Assembly (NCBI GenBank): GCA_963776585.1
Contig: CAVZNA010000004.1
Coordinates: 229,390-293,389, forward strand
DNA: 64,000 nucleotides
Source: an uncultured Actinomycetota bacterium
Lineage (GTDB): Bacteria; Actinomycetota; Actinomycetes; Actinomycetales; Dermatophilaceae
Direction: 5' to 3'
In this document: positions 44,208 through 54,123 of the stretch, one piece after another
Position numbering within the stretch: position 1 is the first letter of the stretch
Layout: each line of letters starts with the position of its first letter
Notes under the pieces: generated by a model
The model's input: only the letters and a program-made list of their open reading frames with translations
The model's database searches: none
What the model was told of the DNA's origin: nothing
Translations under genes and position numbers: made by a program

Positions 44208-45837
44208 GGGCCTCGGTGGCACGGGCGCCGTCACCGGCCGGGTCGTCCGGCAGGGGCACGACCGGGGTCAGCCTCACGTCCCCACTGCCCCCGCAGGTGC
44301 GACCCTCCGGCGGGGTCGGGTCCAGCAGGGCACCGTTGATGAGCGAGACGTCGTCATACTGCGGCCGTCCGGAGACCAGGTTGCGGTAGGAGTAGCGGGC
44401 CAGCTGCGAGATGCGGCAGTCGTCGGCGATGGTCAGGATGTCGAAGGCGTAGGGCTGCCCGGCGATCTCGCCACCGGTCTCCTCGTTGACGTCCTCGGGG
44501 ATGATGAACTGGTTGAACAGGCCGCCGCCGGTGAACGAGCCGACCCCGATGTGCTGCCCGTCGAGGGTCGGGGTGTGCAGGTGACCGTTGACCGTCACCC
44601 CCTCGGCCTCGGCGCGCACCATGCCCCATGGCTGGTGGCTCAGCACGATGTCGGAGGGGGCACGCCCGGCTGTGGCCGCGCGGTAGTCCTCCAGGGCTTC
44701 GGCCTGGGCGGCCGCGAAGTCGTCGCTCTGCTCGGCGAAGTAGCGCACGTCGTTGTAGCCGGAGATGCGCACACCGGCGATCTCGGCCTCGACGAACTGC
44801 CCGTCGGTGGGCTCCACGAGCACGACGTTGGGCAGCTCGGCCATCCGGGCCAGCAGGGCCTCGTCGGTCGTCGACACCGCGTCGTGGTTGCCGCGCACGA
44901 ACACGTAGGGCACCCCGAGGGAGGCGATGCCGTCGAAGATCCCGGCCACCTCGCCCTCCCGCACCAGCCCGAAGTTGACCAGGTCGCCGGTGTCGATCAC
45001 GGCGGTGATGTTGCTGGAGCGGATGATCTCCCGCACCAGCGCGTAGTAGTTCTGGCCGTGGATGTCGGAGACGAGCAGGAACCGTGCGGCCACCTCGCCG
45101 GCGGGCTCCGGCGCGGCATACTCCTGCCGCAGCGCCTCGGTCAGCGCCAGCAGGTTCTGCACGTAGGGGGCGGCCTGCTCGGCCTGGCCGCTGATGTCGG
45201 TCAGCAGGCTGCCGCTGGCCTGCACCCGGCCGAGCAGGCTGGTGGTGCGGAACTCCAGCAGGTTGTCCGCGCGGTAGGTGGTGAAGGCGGCCAGCCCGGG
45301 CAGCACCACCGCCAGGGCGGTCGCGGACAACGTCGCCACGCCGGCCCGCCCCCACGAGCCCCGGCGCCGGCCCAGCACCCAGAGCGCACTGCATACCGAC
45401 GCAGTGGCGAGCGCCCCGAGGCCGAACTTCCACGCGACCTCGCCGAGTGCCTCGTTGACGGCCTGGCGCAGCTCGTCGGGCTGGGGCTGGAAGTCGTCGA
45501 CCGTCAGGCGGCCTCCTGACAGCAGGTCGGTGACCTGGTCGCGGACCTGCACCTGGGCCTCGATGCCCGGCGCCGGCAGCAGGCCGTCGAAGGACAGGTC
45601 GATGTCGCCGACCACCGTGGGGGTGTGCACGGTGGACACGTGCTGCGGTGAGACCGCCAGCGACAGCTGGGCCGTGAAGTACTGCGTCTGCGCCGTCACC
45701 GGCAGCATCCGTGTCATCCCGATGCCGCCCAGCACGGCCGCGACGACCAGCAACACCATGAGCACGGTGCGGCGTAGGACCGTCGGCCACCGGAGGTGGC
45801 CGACGCTGCTCGTCACGGGAGCTGGTGCCGACGCCAT
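44203..45837 (-). CDS. Membrane-anchored calcineurin-like metallophosphoesterase
   Basis: SDIH, TGDL, RGNHD, SHQP, GHLH after N-terminal TM segments. Confidence 0.88.
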   Translation of the reverse strand: MASAPAPVTSSVGHLRWPTVLRRTVLMVLLVVAAVLGGIGMTRMLPVTAQTQYFTAQLSLAVSPQHVSTVHTPTVVGDIDLSFDGLLPAPGIEAQVQVRDQVTDLLSGGRLTVDDFQPQPDELRQAVNEALGEVAWKFGLGALATASVCSALWVLGRRRGSWGRAGVATLSATALAVVLPGLAAFTTYRADNLLEFRTTSLLGRVQASGSLLTDISGQAEQAAPYVQNLLALTEALRQEYAAPEPAGEVAARFLLVSDIHGQNYYALVREIIRSSNITAVIDTGDLVNFGLVREGEVAGIFDGIASLGVPYVFVRGNHDAVSTTDEALLARMAELPNVVLVEPTDGQFVEAEIAGVRISGYNDVRYFAEQSDDFAAAQAEALEDYRAATAGRAPSDIVLSHQPWGMVRAEAEGVTVNGHLHTPTLDGQHIGVGSFTGGGLFNQFIIPEDVNEETGGEIAGQPYAFDILTIADDCRISQLARYSYRNLVSGRPQYDDVSLINGALLDPTPPEGRTCGGSGDVRLTPVVPLPDDPAGDGARATEAP

Positions 45838-45906
45838 CCAGAGCAGCCTACGACCCGACCGGCGGGTAGGTTGGGGACCCTGGACGTGTTCGAAGGGGAG
45901 AAGACC

Positions 45907-47572
45907 GTGGATGCAGACGTCGTCGTGGTGGGCGCCGGGCTCTCGGGGCTGGTGGCCGCGAGCGAGCTCGTCGCGGCCGGGCGCTCGGTGGTCCTGCTCG
46001 ACCAGGAGTCCGGCGAGCACCTTGGTGGCCAGGCCTGGTGGTCCTTCGGTGGTCTCTTCCTCGTCGACACCCCCGAGCAGCGCCGGATGGGCATCCGGGA
46101 CAGCTATGACCTGGCCTGGTCGGACTGGGCCGGCACCGCAGGCTTCGACCGGTTGGAGGGGCCGGCTGCCGAGGACACCTGGGCCCGGCAGTGGGCCCGC
46201 GCGTATGTCGACTGGGCCGCCGGGCGAGAAGCGTGCGTGGCTGCGCAGCAAGGGCATCTCGTTCTTCCCCGTCCCCGGCTGGGCTGAGCGCGGTGACGGC
46301 ACGGCGACCGGGCACGGCAACTCCGTCCCTCGCTTCCACGTCACCTGGGGCACCGGGCCCGGGGTCGTCGAGCCTTTCGAGCGCGCCTGCCGCGAGGCTG
46401 TGGCGACGGGCCGGCTGACCGTCCGCGGGCGCCACCGGGTCACCGCCCTAATCACCGACGGGGGCACCGTGAGGGGTGTGCGGGGTGAGCTGCTGGCCAC
46501 CGACGGTGTGGGCCGGGGGGCGCGGAGCACCCGCAGCGTCGTCGGCGCCTTCGAGATCGAGGCGCAGGCCGTGGTCGTCACCAGCGGTGGCATCGGGGCC
46601 AACCACGCCCTCATCCGGCAGTTCTGGCCGCAGCGGCTGGGCACCCCGCCCACCGACCTGCTGACCGGGGTGCCGGCCTACGTCGACGGCTCGATGCTGG
46701 CCGTCACCGAGGAGGCCGGCGCCCGGCTGGTCAACCGTGACCGCATGTGGCACTACACCGAGGGCCTGCACAACCACGACCCGGTCTGGCCGCGGCACGG
46801 CATCCGCATCCTGCCCGGGCCTTCCGGGATGTGGCTGGATGCCACCGGGGCTCGCCTGCCGGCACCCTTCTTCCCCGGGTTCGACACGCTCGGCACGCTG
46901 CAGCACCTGCGGACCACGGGTCACGACTACTCCTGGTTCGTGCTGAGCACCACGATCCTCGGCAAGGAGTGGGCCCTGTCGGGGTCCGAGCAGAACCCCG
47001 ACCTGACCGGACGGTCGGTGCCGGCGGTGCTGGACCGTGTCCGTCACGACATGCCGGCGCCGGTGCGGGCCTTCCTGGAGGCCGGCATCGACATCGTGAC
47101 CGGCACGTCGGTGCCGGCTCTGGCGGCCGAGATGAACGCGTTGTCCGGGGACGACCTGATCGACGCCGAGGGGCTGCAGCGTGAGATCGTGGCGCGCGAC
47201 CTGCAGGTCGGCAACGAGTTCGGCAAGGACGCCCAGCTCAACGCCGTCCGTGGAGCCCGGCGCTACCGAGGCGACCGGCTCCTGCGCACTGCCGCACCGC
47301 ACCGTCTCCTCGACCCCGCTCACGGGCCGCTCGTCGCCGCCCGGCTCCGGGTGCTGACCCGCAAGACGCTCGGCGGCATCCAGACCGACCTGGGCTCGCG
47401 GGCCCTCGACGGCTCCGGCAAGGCGATCCCCGGCCTGTATGCCGCGGGTGAGGTCGCCGGGTTCGGCGGTGGCGGGATGCACGGCTACCGCTCGCTGGAG
47501 GGCACCTTCCTGGGTGGCTGCCTGTTCTCGGGGCGGGCTGCCGGACGCACCGCTGCCGCGGACCTGGCATGA
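45907..47572 (+). CDS. FAD-binding dehydrogenase (KsdD-like), one frameshift near 46223
   Basis: VVGAGLSG, GGQAWWSFGG; continues in another frame EKRAWL..VPRFHVTWGTG..KTLGG..LEGTFLGGC; apparent extra G in GCCGGGCGAG. Confidence 0.88.
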
Positions 47573-48471
47573 CCGACGTGCACGTCCAGGAGCAGATGCT
47601 GGACCTGCTGGGCGCCCGGGTGCACTGGGCCGACTTCGGCGGCCCCGCAGACCCGGAGGCGCTGTGCGTCATGGTGCACGGGATGGGTGGGGCGACCGTC
47701 AACTGGGAGGCACTGGCCGCTCATCTGACCGACCGTTTCCGCTGCGTCGCCCTCGACCTCGTCGGGTTCGGCCGCACCCATCCGGGGGACCGACGCGGTG
47801 GCGTGCTCGACAACACCGACCTGCTCGGCGCGTTCGTGCAGCGGGTGCGGCCGGCAGGGCTGCCGTTGCTGCTCGCGGGCAACTCGATGGGTGGGCTGAT
47901 CACGGCAAGGTATGCCGTCACGCGCCCCGACGACCTCGCCGGCGTGGTGCTGCTGGACCCGGCGCTGCCGCCGCCCCGGCCGGTGCCCGGCCCTGGCGCG
48001 CTCGCCGCGGTCGGTGTCTACGGCATACCGGCGGTGGGCACGGCGTTCGCCCGGGCCCGGCGGCAGCTGCGCACCCCCGAGCAGTCGGTGCTCGACACCC
48101 TGCGGCTGTGCACCACGGACCCGTCCGGGATCGGGTCCGACGTGATCGACCGGCACGTGGGTCTGGCGAAGGTGCGCCAGGACCACCCTGAGCTCGACCG
48201 CTACTACGCCGACGCGGCACGTTCTCTCTTCGGGCTGCTGGCCCGCCGGGAGCAGGCCGATGCGGTGTATGCGGACATCCCGGCCCCCGTGCTGCTGGTC
48301 CACGGCACCCACGACCGGCTGGTGCCCTTTGCGTCCGCCCTGCGCACGGCCCGGCTCAACCCCGGCTGGCGTTTCCGGCCGGTCGGTGGGCGCGGGCATC
48401 TGCCGATGCTGGAGGAGCCGCGCTGGCTCGCGGCGCAGGTGCGGTCGTGGTGGGACGACGTCCGTGCCTGA
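47569..48471 (+). CDS. Alpha/beta fold hydrolase
   Basis: VHGMGG, DLVGFG, GNSMGG, HGTHDRLVP, GHLPMLE; ATGA overlap. Confidence 0.92.
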   Translation: MTDVHVQEQMLDLLGARVHWADFGGPADPEALCVMVHGMGGATVNWEALAAHLTDRFRCVALDLVGFGRTHPGDRRGGVLDNTDLLGAFVQRVRPAGLPLLLAGNSMGGLITARYAVTRPDDLAGVVLLDPALPPPRPVPGPGALAAVGVYGIPAVGTAFARARRQLRTPEQSVLDTLRLCTTDPSGIGSDVIDRHVGLAKVRQDHPELDRYYADAARSLFGLLARREQADAVYADIPAPVLLVHGTHDRLVPFASALRTARLNPGWRFRPVGGRGHLPMLEEPRWLAAQVRSWWDDVRA

Positions 48472-48976
48472 CCTGCACCTGGCGACCCTGAGGCGCAAGG
48501 CCGGGACAGCGGCACTCCTGGCCTTCCGGTCGCTCCCGGGGCCGCTCAAGCGCCGTCTGGTGCGCGTGGGCACTCCCAACTACACGGTCGGGGCCGTCTG
48601 CGTCCTGGAGCACGATGGTGAGGTGCTGATGCTCAGCCAGCCGCACCGGCGGGGCTGGAGCCTGCCCGGTGGGCTCGTCGAGCCGGGTGAGGCTCCGGCC
48701 GACGGCGTGGCTCGCGAGGTGCGCGAGGAGGTCGGGCTCGACATCGACCCCGGAGACCAGGTGGCCGTGGGCTTCCACCCGGACTCCCAGAGCATCGACG
48801 TCATCTATCGCGTCGTCCTGGACGAGCGGCCCGAGATCAGCCTGTCGTCCGAGCCGCGCCGCTTCCGCTGGTGGGACCTGGACGACCTCGACGACGCCGA
48901 CCGCGAGACCCGCCAGATCGTCGCACTGCTCCGGCGGGCCGGCCAGCCCCCGCGGCCGGGGCGGCTGCTGTCCTGA
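48464..48976 (+). CDS. NUDIX hydrolase
   Basis: Nudix box GGLVEPGEAPADGVAREVREEVG. Confidence 0.9.
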   Translation: MPDLHLATLRRKAGTAALLAFRSLPGPLKRRLVRVGTPNYTVGAVCVLEHDGEVLMLSQPHRRGWSLPGGLVEPGEAPADGVAREVREEVGLDIDPGDQVAVGFHPDSQSIDVIYRVVLDERPEISLSSEPRRFRWWDLDDLDDADRETRQIVALLRRAGQPPRPGRLLS

Positions 48977-49063
48977 CCGCGCACCTCCCAGGGGTGGCAG
49001 GGGTGGTCGGGTGGGACGGGTAACGTGAGGGGGTCCTGCTGTCGTCTCCCGGGGGTGTTCCCG

Positions 49064-50008
49064 ATGTCGGTGCGCGCCGTCGCGTCTGTGGTGTGCGCTG
49101 CCCTGCTGCTGTCCGCCTGCGCGGCAGACTCCACGGGCGAGCCTGCCGACCAGGTGGCGCGCACTGCTTCCCCTGAGGAGGGGGCCCAACAGACACCGGC
49201 CGAGCCCGAGGTCCTCGAGCTGCCCCGTGGCGGCACCGAGCTCTTCCCGCGCTACCGGCTCTTCGGCTACTCCGGTGCGCCGGGCTCGGAGGCCTTCGGC
49301 CGTCTGGGCATCGGCGACCTCGACGAGCGCGTCGTCGAGATGCAGGAGCGGGGCGCGGAGTATGTCGGGTCACGCGAGATCATGCCGGTGCTGGAGCTGA
49401 TCGCCACGGTGGTGCACCCGGTGCCCGGCGACGACGGCATGTTCCGCACCTACATGGACGACCAGGTGGTGGACGACTATCTCGCTGCCGCCCGGCGGCA
49501 CGAGGGCATCCTGCTGCTCAACATCCAGCCCGGTCGCGCCGACTTCATCGACGAGGTGAAGCGGTGGGAGGACTATCTCGTCGAGCCGGACGTGGGCGTG
49601 GCCCTGGACCCCGAGTGGGCCGTCGACGACGACCAGATCCCCGGGCGGGTCTACGGCTCGACGACGGGCCAGGAGCTCGACGAGGTCGCCGCCTACCTGT
49701 CCGACCTGGTGGACGAGCACGACCTGCCCGAGAAGGTCATGGTCTACCACCAGGTGCACGCCGCGGTGGTGGAGGACGAGGGGGACCTGCGGCCGCACGA
49801 GGGCGTGGCCATCATCAAGTCGGTCGACGGCATCGGCCCGCCCCAGGACAAGATCTGGACCTACGACCGGGTCAACGAGAACAAGCCCGACCACGTCGTC
49901 GCCGGCTTCAAGCTCTTCTACGAGGAGGACGGGGTCTACGGTCCGGTCATGACCGGCGACGCCGTGCTGGACCTGCAGCCGCGCCCGCAGTACATCCTCG
50001 TCGAGTAG
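49064..50008 (+). CDS. Uncharacterised lipoprotein
   Basis: Lipobox LSAC; acidic globular domain (LDPEW, SVDGIG, GFKLFY); GC3-biased codons. Confidence 0.8.
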   Translation: MSVRAVASVVCAALLLSACAADSTGEPADQVARTASPEEGAQQTPAEPEVLELPRGGTELFPRYRLFGYSGAPGSEAFGRLGIGDLDERVVEMQERGAEYVGSREIMPVLELIATVVHPVPGDDGMFRTYMDDQVVDDYLAAARRHEGILLLNIQPGRADFIDEVKRWEDYLVEPDVGVALDPEWAVDDDQIPGRVYGSTTGQELDEVAAYLSDLVDEHDLPEKVMVYHQVHAAVVEDEGDLRPHEGVAIIKSVDGIGPPQDKIWTYDRVNENKPDHVVAGFKLFYEEDGVYGPVMTGDAVLDLQPRPQYILVE

Positions 50009-50581
50009 CTACAGGTACTGCCCCGTGGGATGCCCCTCGCTGTCGGTGCCGGGGCCGGGCATGGTCGGGGCGCCCGCCCCGGGGTGTCCCTGCGGCAGGC
50101 CCCGACGCATCTGCTGCAGCTGGGCCTGGGCGGCCATCTGCTGCGCGACGATGGCGGTCTGGATGCCGTGGAACAACCCCTCCAGCCAGCCCACGAGCTG
50201 AGCCTGGGCGATGCGCAGCTCGGCCTCGCTCGGGGTCGCGTCCCCGAACGGCAGTGTGATCCGGTCGAGCTCGTCAGCCAGGTCGTCGGACAGACCCTCC
50301 TTGAGCTCGGTGATCGAGCGACGGTGGATCTCCGCCAGGCGCAGCCGGCCGGCCTCGTCCAGGGGCGCACTGCGCACCTCCTCGAGGAGCTGCTTGATCA
50401 TCGAGCCCAGCCGCATCACCTTTGCCGGCTGCTCCACCTGGTCCGCCGGGTTGGCCGGGCGCGAGCCCTCCTCGGGAGGGTGGGCGACCCCCATGCCGGC
50501 GTCGGTCACGACCACGACCCGGCGCTGGTCGCCACCCTCGGGCGGGGGCTGGCTCGCTGGCTGCTGCGGCTGGTCCGTCAT
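50009..50581 (-). CDS. bpa: Bacterial proteasome activator Bpa/PafE
   Basis: VEQPAKVMRLGSMIKQLLEEVR, ELRIAQAQLVGWLEGLFHGIQ, C-terminal GQYL. Confidence 0.95.
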   Translation of the reverse strand: MTDQPQQPASQPPPEGGDQRRVVVVTDAGMGVAHPPEEGSRPANPADQVEQPAKVMRLGSMIKQLLEEVRSAPLDEAGRLRLAEIHRRSITELKEGLSDDLADELDRITLPFGDATPSEAELRIAQAQLVGWLEGLFHGIQTAIVAQQMAAQAQLQQMRRGLPQGHPGAGAPTMPGPGTDSEGHPTGQYL

Positions 50582-50648
50582 CCCCCCATCATGCCCATCC
50601 CCCCTGACACGGCGAACGCGACCGCGTCGAGCGGCGGCGTCGACCCGG

Positions 50649-51635
50649 CTACGGGGTGCTGACGTCGAGGAGGATCTTGCCGATGTGGCCGCCGTCCTCC
50701 ATCGCCTGGTGCGCCGCTGCCGCGTCGGCGAGCGGGAAGCGCGCGTGGACCACCGGACGCACCCGACCGTCGGCGAGCATCGGCCACAGCTGCTCCCGGA
50801 CCGCGCCGACGATGGCGGCCTTGTCGTCGGCGGCACGGGAGCGCAGCGACGTGGCGATCACGCGGCCGCGCAGCGTCAGCAGCCGGCCGAGGTTGAGCTC
50901 GGCCTTCACCCCGCCCTGGAGCCCGATGACGACCAACCGGCCCCCGGTGGCCAGGGTGCGGAGGTTGCGGTCCAGATACTTCGCCCCGATGACGTCGAGG
51001 ATGACGTCGGCGCCGTGACCGTCGGTGCTGTCGTGGACCTCCTCGACGAAGTCCTGCCGGCGGTAGTCGACCAGGATCTGCGCGCCGAGGTCACGGCAAG
51101 CCTCGAGCTTGGCGGGGCTGCCGGCGGTCACGGCGACCCGGGCACCCAGGGCCCGGGCCACCTGGATCGCCATGGTGCCGATGCCGCTCGACCCTCCGTG
51201 CAGCAGCACCACCTCCCCGGCCGACAGTCCGGCCTCCAGGACGAGGTTGCTCCAGACGGTGCAGGCGACCTCCGGCAGCGCCGCGGCGTCGGCGACAGCG
51301 ACCCCCTCGGGCACCGGCAGCAGCTGCCCGGCCGGCACGGCGACCTGCTCGGCATACCCCCCGCCCTCCAGCAGAGCGCACACCGGGTCGCCGACCGCCC
51401 AGCCCTCGACTCCGTCGCCGAGGGCGGCGATGTGCCCGCTGACCTCGAGCCCGGGCAGCTCGCTGGCGCCTGGTGGCGGCGGGTAGTGCCCCAGCCGCTG
51501 CAGCACGTCGGCGCGGTTGACCCCGGCCGTGACGACGTCGACGAGCACCTGGCCGGGGGCGGCTTCCGGAGCGGGCACGTCGGCGAGCACGAGGGCCTCG
51601 GGTCCGCCGGGGGAGTCGATCGTGATGGCACGCAT
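50649..51635 (-). CDS. NAD(P)H-quinone oxidoreductase (PIG3-like MDR)
   Basis: GVNRADVLQR, PGLEVSG, GGGYAE, LPEVACTVWSN, HGGSSGIG, HIGKILL. Confidence 0.93.
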   Translation of the reverse strand: MRAITIDSPGGPEALVLADVPAPEAAPGQVLVDVVTAGVNRADVLQRLGHYPPPPGASELPGLEVSGHIAALGDGVEGWAVGDPVCALLEGGGYAEQVAVPAGQLLPVPEGVAVADAAALPEVACTVWSNLVLEAGLSAGEVVLLHGGSSGIGTMAIQVARALGARVAVTAGSPAKLEACRDLGAQILVDYRRQDFVEEVHDSTDGHGADVILDVIGAKYLDRNLRTLATGGRLVVIGLQGGVKAELNLGRLLTLRGRVIATSLRSRAADDKAAIVGAVREQLWPMLADGRVRPVVHARFPLADAAAAHQAMEDGGHIGKILLDVSTP

Positions 51636-51699
51636 CCCCGCACCCTACGAGCCCTGTCCTTCGGCCGCAGCGTCGCGTGGCTCGTCAGTCCACCGACGC

Positions 51700-51773
51700 G
51701 CAGCCAGACGGGCACAACGCAGGCCGCTCTCGCGCGACGAGCCCGTCCGGGCTCGTTGTGCCCGTCTGGCTGC
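51700..51773. repeat. 74-bp element with 20-bp terminal inverted repeats
   Basis: GCAGCCAGACGGGCACAACG...CGTTGTGCCCGTCTGGCTGC; sibling at 25672. Confidence 0.8.
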
Positions 51774-51830
51774 ACAGGGACCAGGTGGGGGCGGGAACGA
51801 CCGGCGACCGGGCGGACGGCGGACGGGGCG

Positions 51831-53210
51831 CTAACTGATGAGGATGCCCGCGATGGCGGCGCTCATCAGGTTGGCGAGCGTGGCGGCGAGCACGGCGCGG
51901 ATGCCGAGCTCGGCGATCTCGCGGCGCCGGCCAGGAGCGATGCCGCCCAGGCCGCCCAGCAGGATGCCGAGCGAGCCGAGGTTGGCGAAGCCGGTGAGCG
52001 CGAAGGTGATGATCGCCGCCGTCTTGGGGGTGAACTCCTCGATCATCGGCGCGAAGTTGGAGAACGCCACGAACTCGTTGACCACGATCTTCTGCCCGAC
52101 GAAGCTGCCCGCCCCGGTCGCGCCGACGGCCTCCTCCCAGGGCACCCCGATCAGGAACATCAACGGTGCGAACACCCAGCCCAGGATGGCCTCGAAGGTG
52201 AGGTCAGGGTAGCCGAACCACCCACCGACGACGCCGATGATGAGGTTGATGAGCGCGATCAGCGAGATGAAGGCCAGCAGCATCGCGCCGATGTTGAGCG
52301 CCAGCTTCAAGCCGTCGGAGGCACCGGAGGCCGCGGCGTCGATGACGTTGCGGTAGTGCAGGCCCTGGTCGACCCCGTCGTCGTCCGTCTCCTCGGTGGG
52401 TGCCTCGTCCTCGGCCGGCTCTGCGGTCTGCGCCCGGTCCGTGCTGTGGGGGTCGCCCGTGGCGGGCACGACCCGCCCGGTGGCGGCGTCGGTGCCGGTG
52501 TCCTCGCTGCGGGCCCCGACCCGGGACACGGCGAGGGTGCCCTCGTCCATGTGGTCGGGGTCGGTCTCGGGGAGCACGATCTTGGCCATCAGCAGCGCAC
52601 CGGGCGCGGCCATGAAGCTGGCCGCGATGAGGTACTCCAGCGGGGCACCGAGCAGGGAGTAGCCCACCAGCACCGAACCGGCGACGGTCGACAACCCACC
52701 CACCATGACCGCGAAGAGCCCGGAGCGGGTGAGCTTGTCGATGTAGGGCCGGATGACCAGGGGCGCCTCGGTCTGCCCGACGAAGATGTTGGCGGCGGCG
52801 TTGACCGACTCGGCTCGACCGGTGCCCACAACCTTCTGGATGCCGCCACCGAGCACCGACACCACCCGCTGCAGGAGGCCCCAGTGGTAGAGCACGGCCG
52901 TCAGCGAGGCGAAGAAGATGATGACCGGCAGCACCTGGAAGGCGAAGATCAGCCCCTCCTCGGGGATGACCGGCCCGAAGACGAAGGCGATGCCTTCGCC
53001 GGAGGAGTTGATGATCGCCTGCACCCCCTCCGAGGCGATCCTCAGGGCCTCCTGGCCGGCCGTCCAGTAGAGGACGATCACGCCGAAGCCGAACTGCAGC
53101 GCCAGGGCTGCCACGACCGTGCGTGGCCGGATGGCGCGGCGGTCGGTCGACAAGGCCAGGGCCAGGACCAGCAGGACGACCATGCCGCCGAGTCCCCACA
53201 GCACGTCCAT
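51831..53210 (-). CDS. nupC: CNT/NupC nucleoside transporter
   Basis: FAFQVLP, ANIFVGQTEAP, TVAGSV, ASFMAAP, NEFVAF, GFANLGS. Confidence 0.93.
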   Translation of the reverse strand: MDVLWGLGGMVVLLVLALALSTDRRAIRPRTVVAALALQFGFGVIVLYWTAGQEALRIASEGVQAIINSSGEGIAFVFGPVIPEEGLIFAFQVLPVIIFFASLTAVLYHWGLLQRVVSVLGGGIQKVVGTGRAESVNAAANIFVGQTEAPLVIRPYIDKLTRSGLFAVMVGGLSTVAGSVLVGYSLLGAPLEYLIAASFMAAPGALLMAKIVLPETDPDHMDEGTLAVSRVGARSEDTGTDAATGRVVPATGDPHSTDRAQTAEPAEDEAPTEETDDDGVDQGLHYRNVIDAAASGASDGLKLALNIGAMLLAFISLIALINLIIGVVGGWFGYPDLTFEAILGWVFAPLMFLIGVPWEEAVGATGAGSFVGQKIVVNEFVAFSNFAPMIEEFTPKTAAIITFALTGFANLGSLGILLGGLGGIAPGRRREIAELGIRAVLAATLANLMSAAIAGILIS

Positions 53211-53308
53211 GGGTGCTCCCTCCGTCGGGTCCGCAACACGGTAGTGCCTGGGCGCGGCCGGGGGAGGGCGAAGTCGGCGACACGCTCCGCGGGTGACACC
53301 ATGCGCGT

Positions 53309-54109
53309 ATGCAGCGCACCGTCACCGCCCGGATCACGTCCACCGTCACCAGCCCCTGCGAGATCTCGCTGAGCGTGGTGGTGGCGCAGTCGACCTCACC
53401 CGTGCAGGAGCAGCTGTTCGTCACCGTCGACGGGGTCGACGTGCGGGTGCAGGAGGTCACCGGGCCCGAGGGTGCCCGGCTGCATCTGCTGCCGCACGTG
53501 CCGACCGGTGAGCTCCTCGTCGACTACCACGCCACGGTGCCGGGGGGCGGTGCTGCCGGCGAGCTCACGGCATACGACCGGATCCGCTTCCTGCGACCGA
53601 GCCGGTATGCCGACGTGGACCGCCTCGAGAGCACGGCGCGAGCGCTCTTCGGTGGGCAGGACGGTGGCGCCCTGGTCACGGCGGTGGCCGACTACGTCGC
53701 CGACCAGACCGCCTACGTGGTGGGCTCCTCCCGGGTGACCGACGGTGCCTCGGACACCTACCTGGCGCGCACCGGGGTGTGCCGCGACTTCGCGCACCTG
53801 ACCATCGCACTGCTGCGCGCCCGTGGGGTGCCCGCCCGGATGGTCAGCGCCTACGCACCCGGGCTGGACCCGATGGACTTCCACGCCGTGGTCGAGGCCC
53901 ACGCCGAGGGTGCCTGGCACGTGGTCGACCCGACCCGGCTCGCGCCCCGGCACTCCCTGGTGCGCATCGGCACCGGTGCCGACGCCGCCGACACCGCCTT
54001 CATGACCACGCACACCGGCGCCATGCAGTTCGGCGCGCTCGAGGTCACCGCGACCACGGCGGGCAGCCTGCCGGTGGACGACCACACCGGCCTGGTCCGC
54101 CTCGCCTGA
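53309..54109 (+). CDS. Transglutaminase-like protein
   Basis: LRPSRY, GVCRDFAH (Cys), DFHAVVE (His), VDPT (Asp). Confidence 0.92.
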   Translation: MQRTVTARITSTVTSPCEISLSVVVAQSTSPVQEQLFVTVDGVDVRVQEVTGPEGARLHLLPHVPTGELLVDYHATVPGGGAAGELTAYDRIRFLRPSRYADVDRLESTARALFGGQDGGALVTAVADYVADQTAYVVGSSRVTDGASDTYLARTGVCRDFAHLTIALLRARGVPARMVSAYAPGLDPMDFHAVVEAHAEGAWHVVDPTRLAPRHSLVRIGTGADAADTAFMTTHTGAMQFGALEVTATTAGSLPVDDHTGLVRLA

Positions 54110-54123
54110 GCGGCACCCGCGGC

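Noticed and set aside
46215-46235. Programmed frameshift in the FAD dehydrogenase
   Set aside because: No slippery heptamer seen; a single extra G fits sequencing error, given the other indels.
50009-51635. bpa next to a quinone oxidoreductase as a novel pairing
   Set aside because: As I recall, this proximity is common in actinobacteria including mycobacteria.
50211-53372. 1053-aa plus-strand ORF
   Set aside because: Antisense to bpa, the quinone oxidoreductase and nupC; stop-poor shadow frame.
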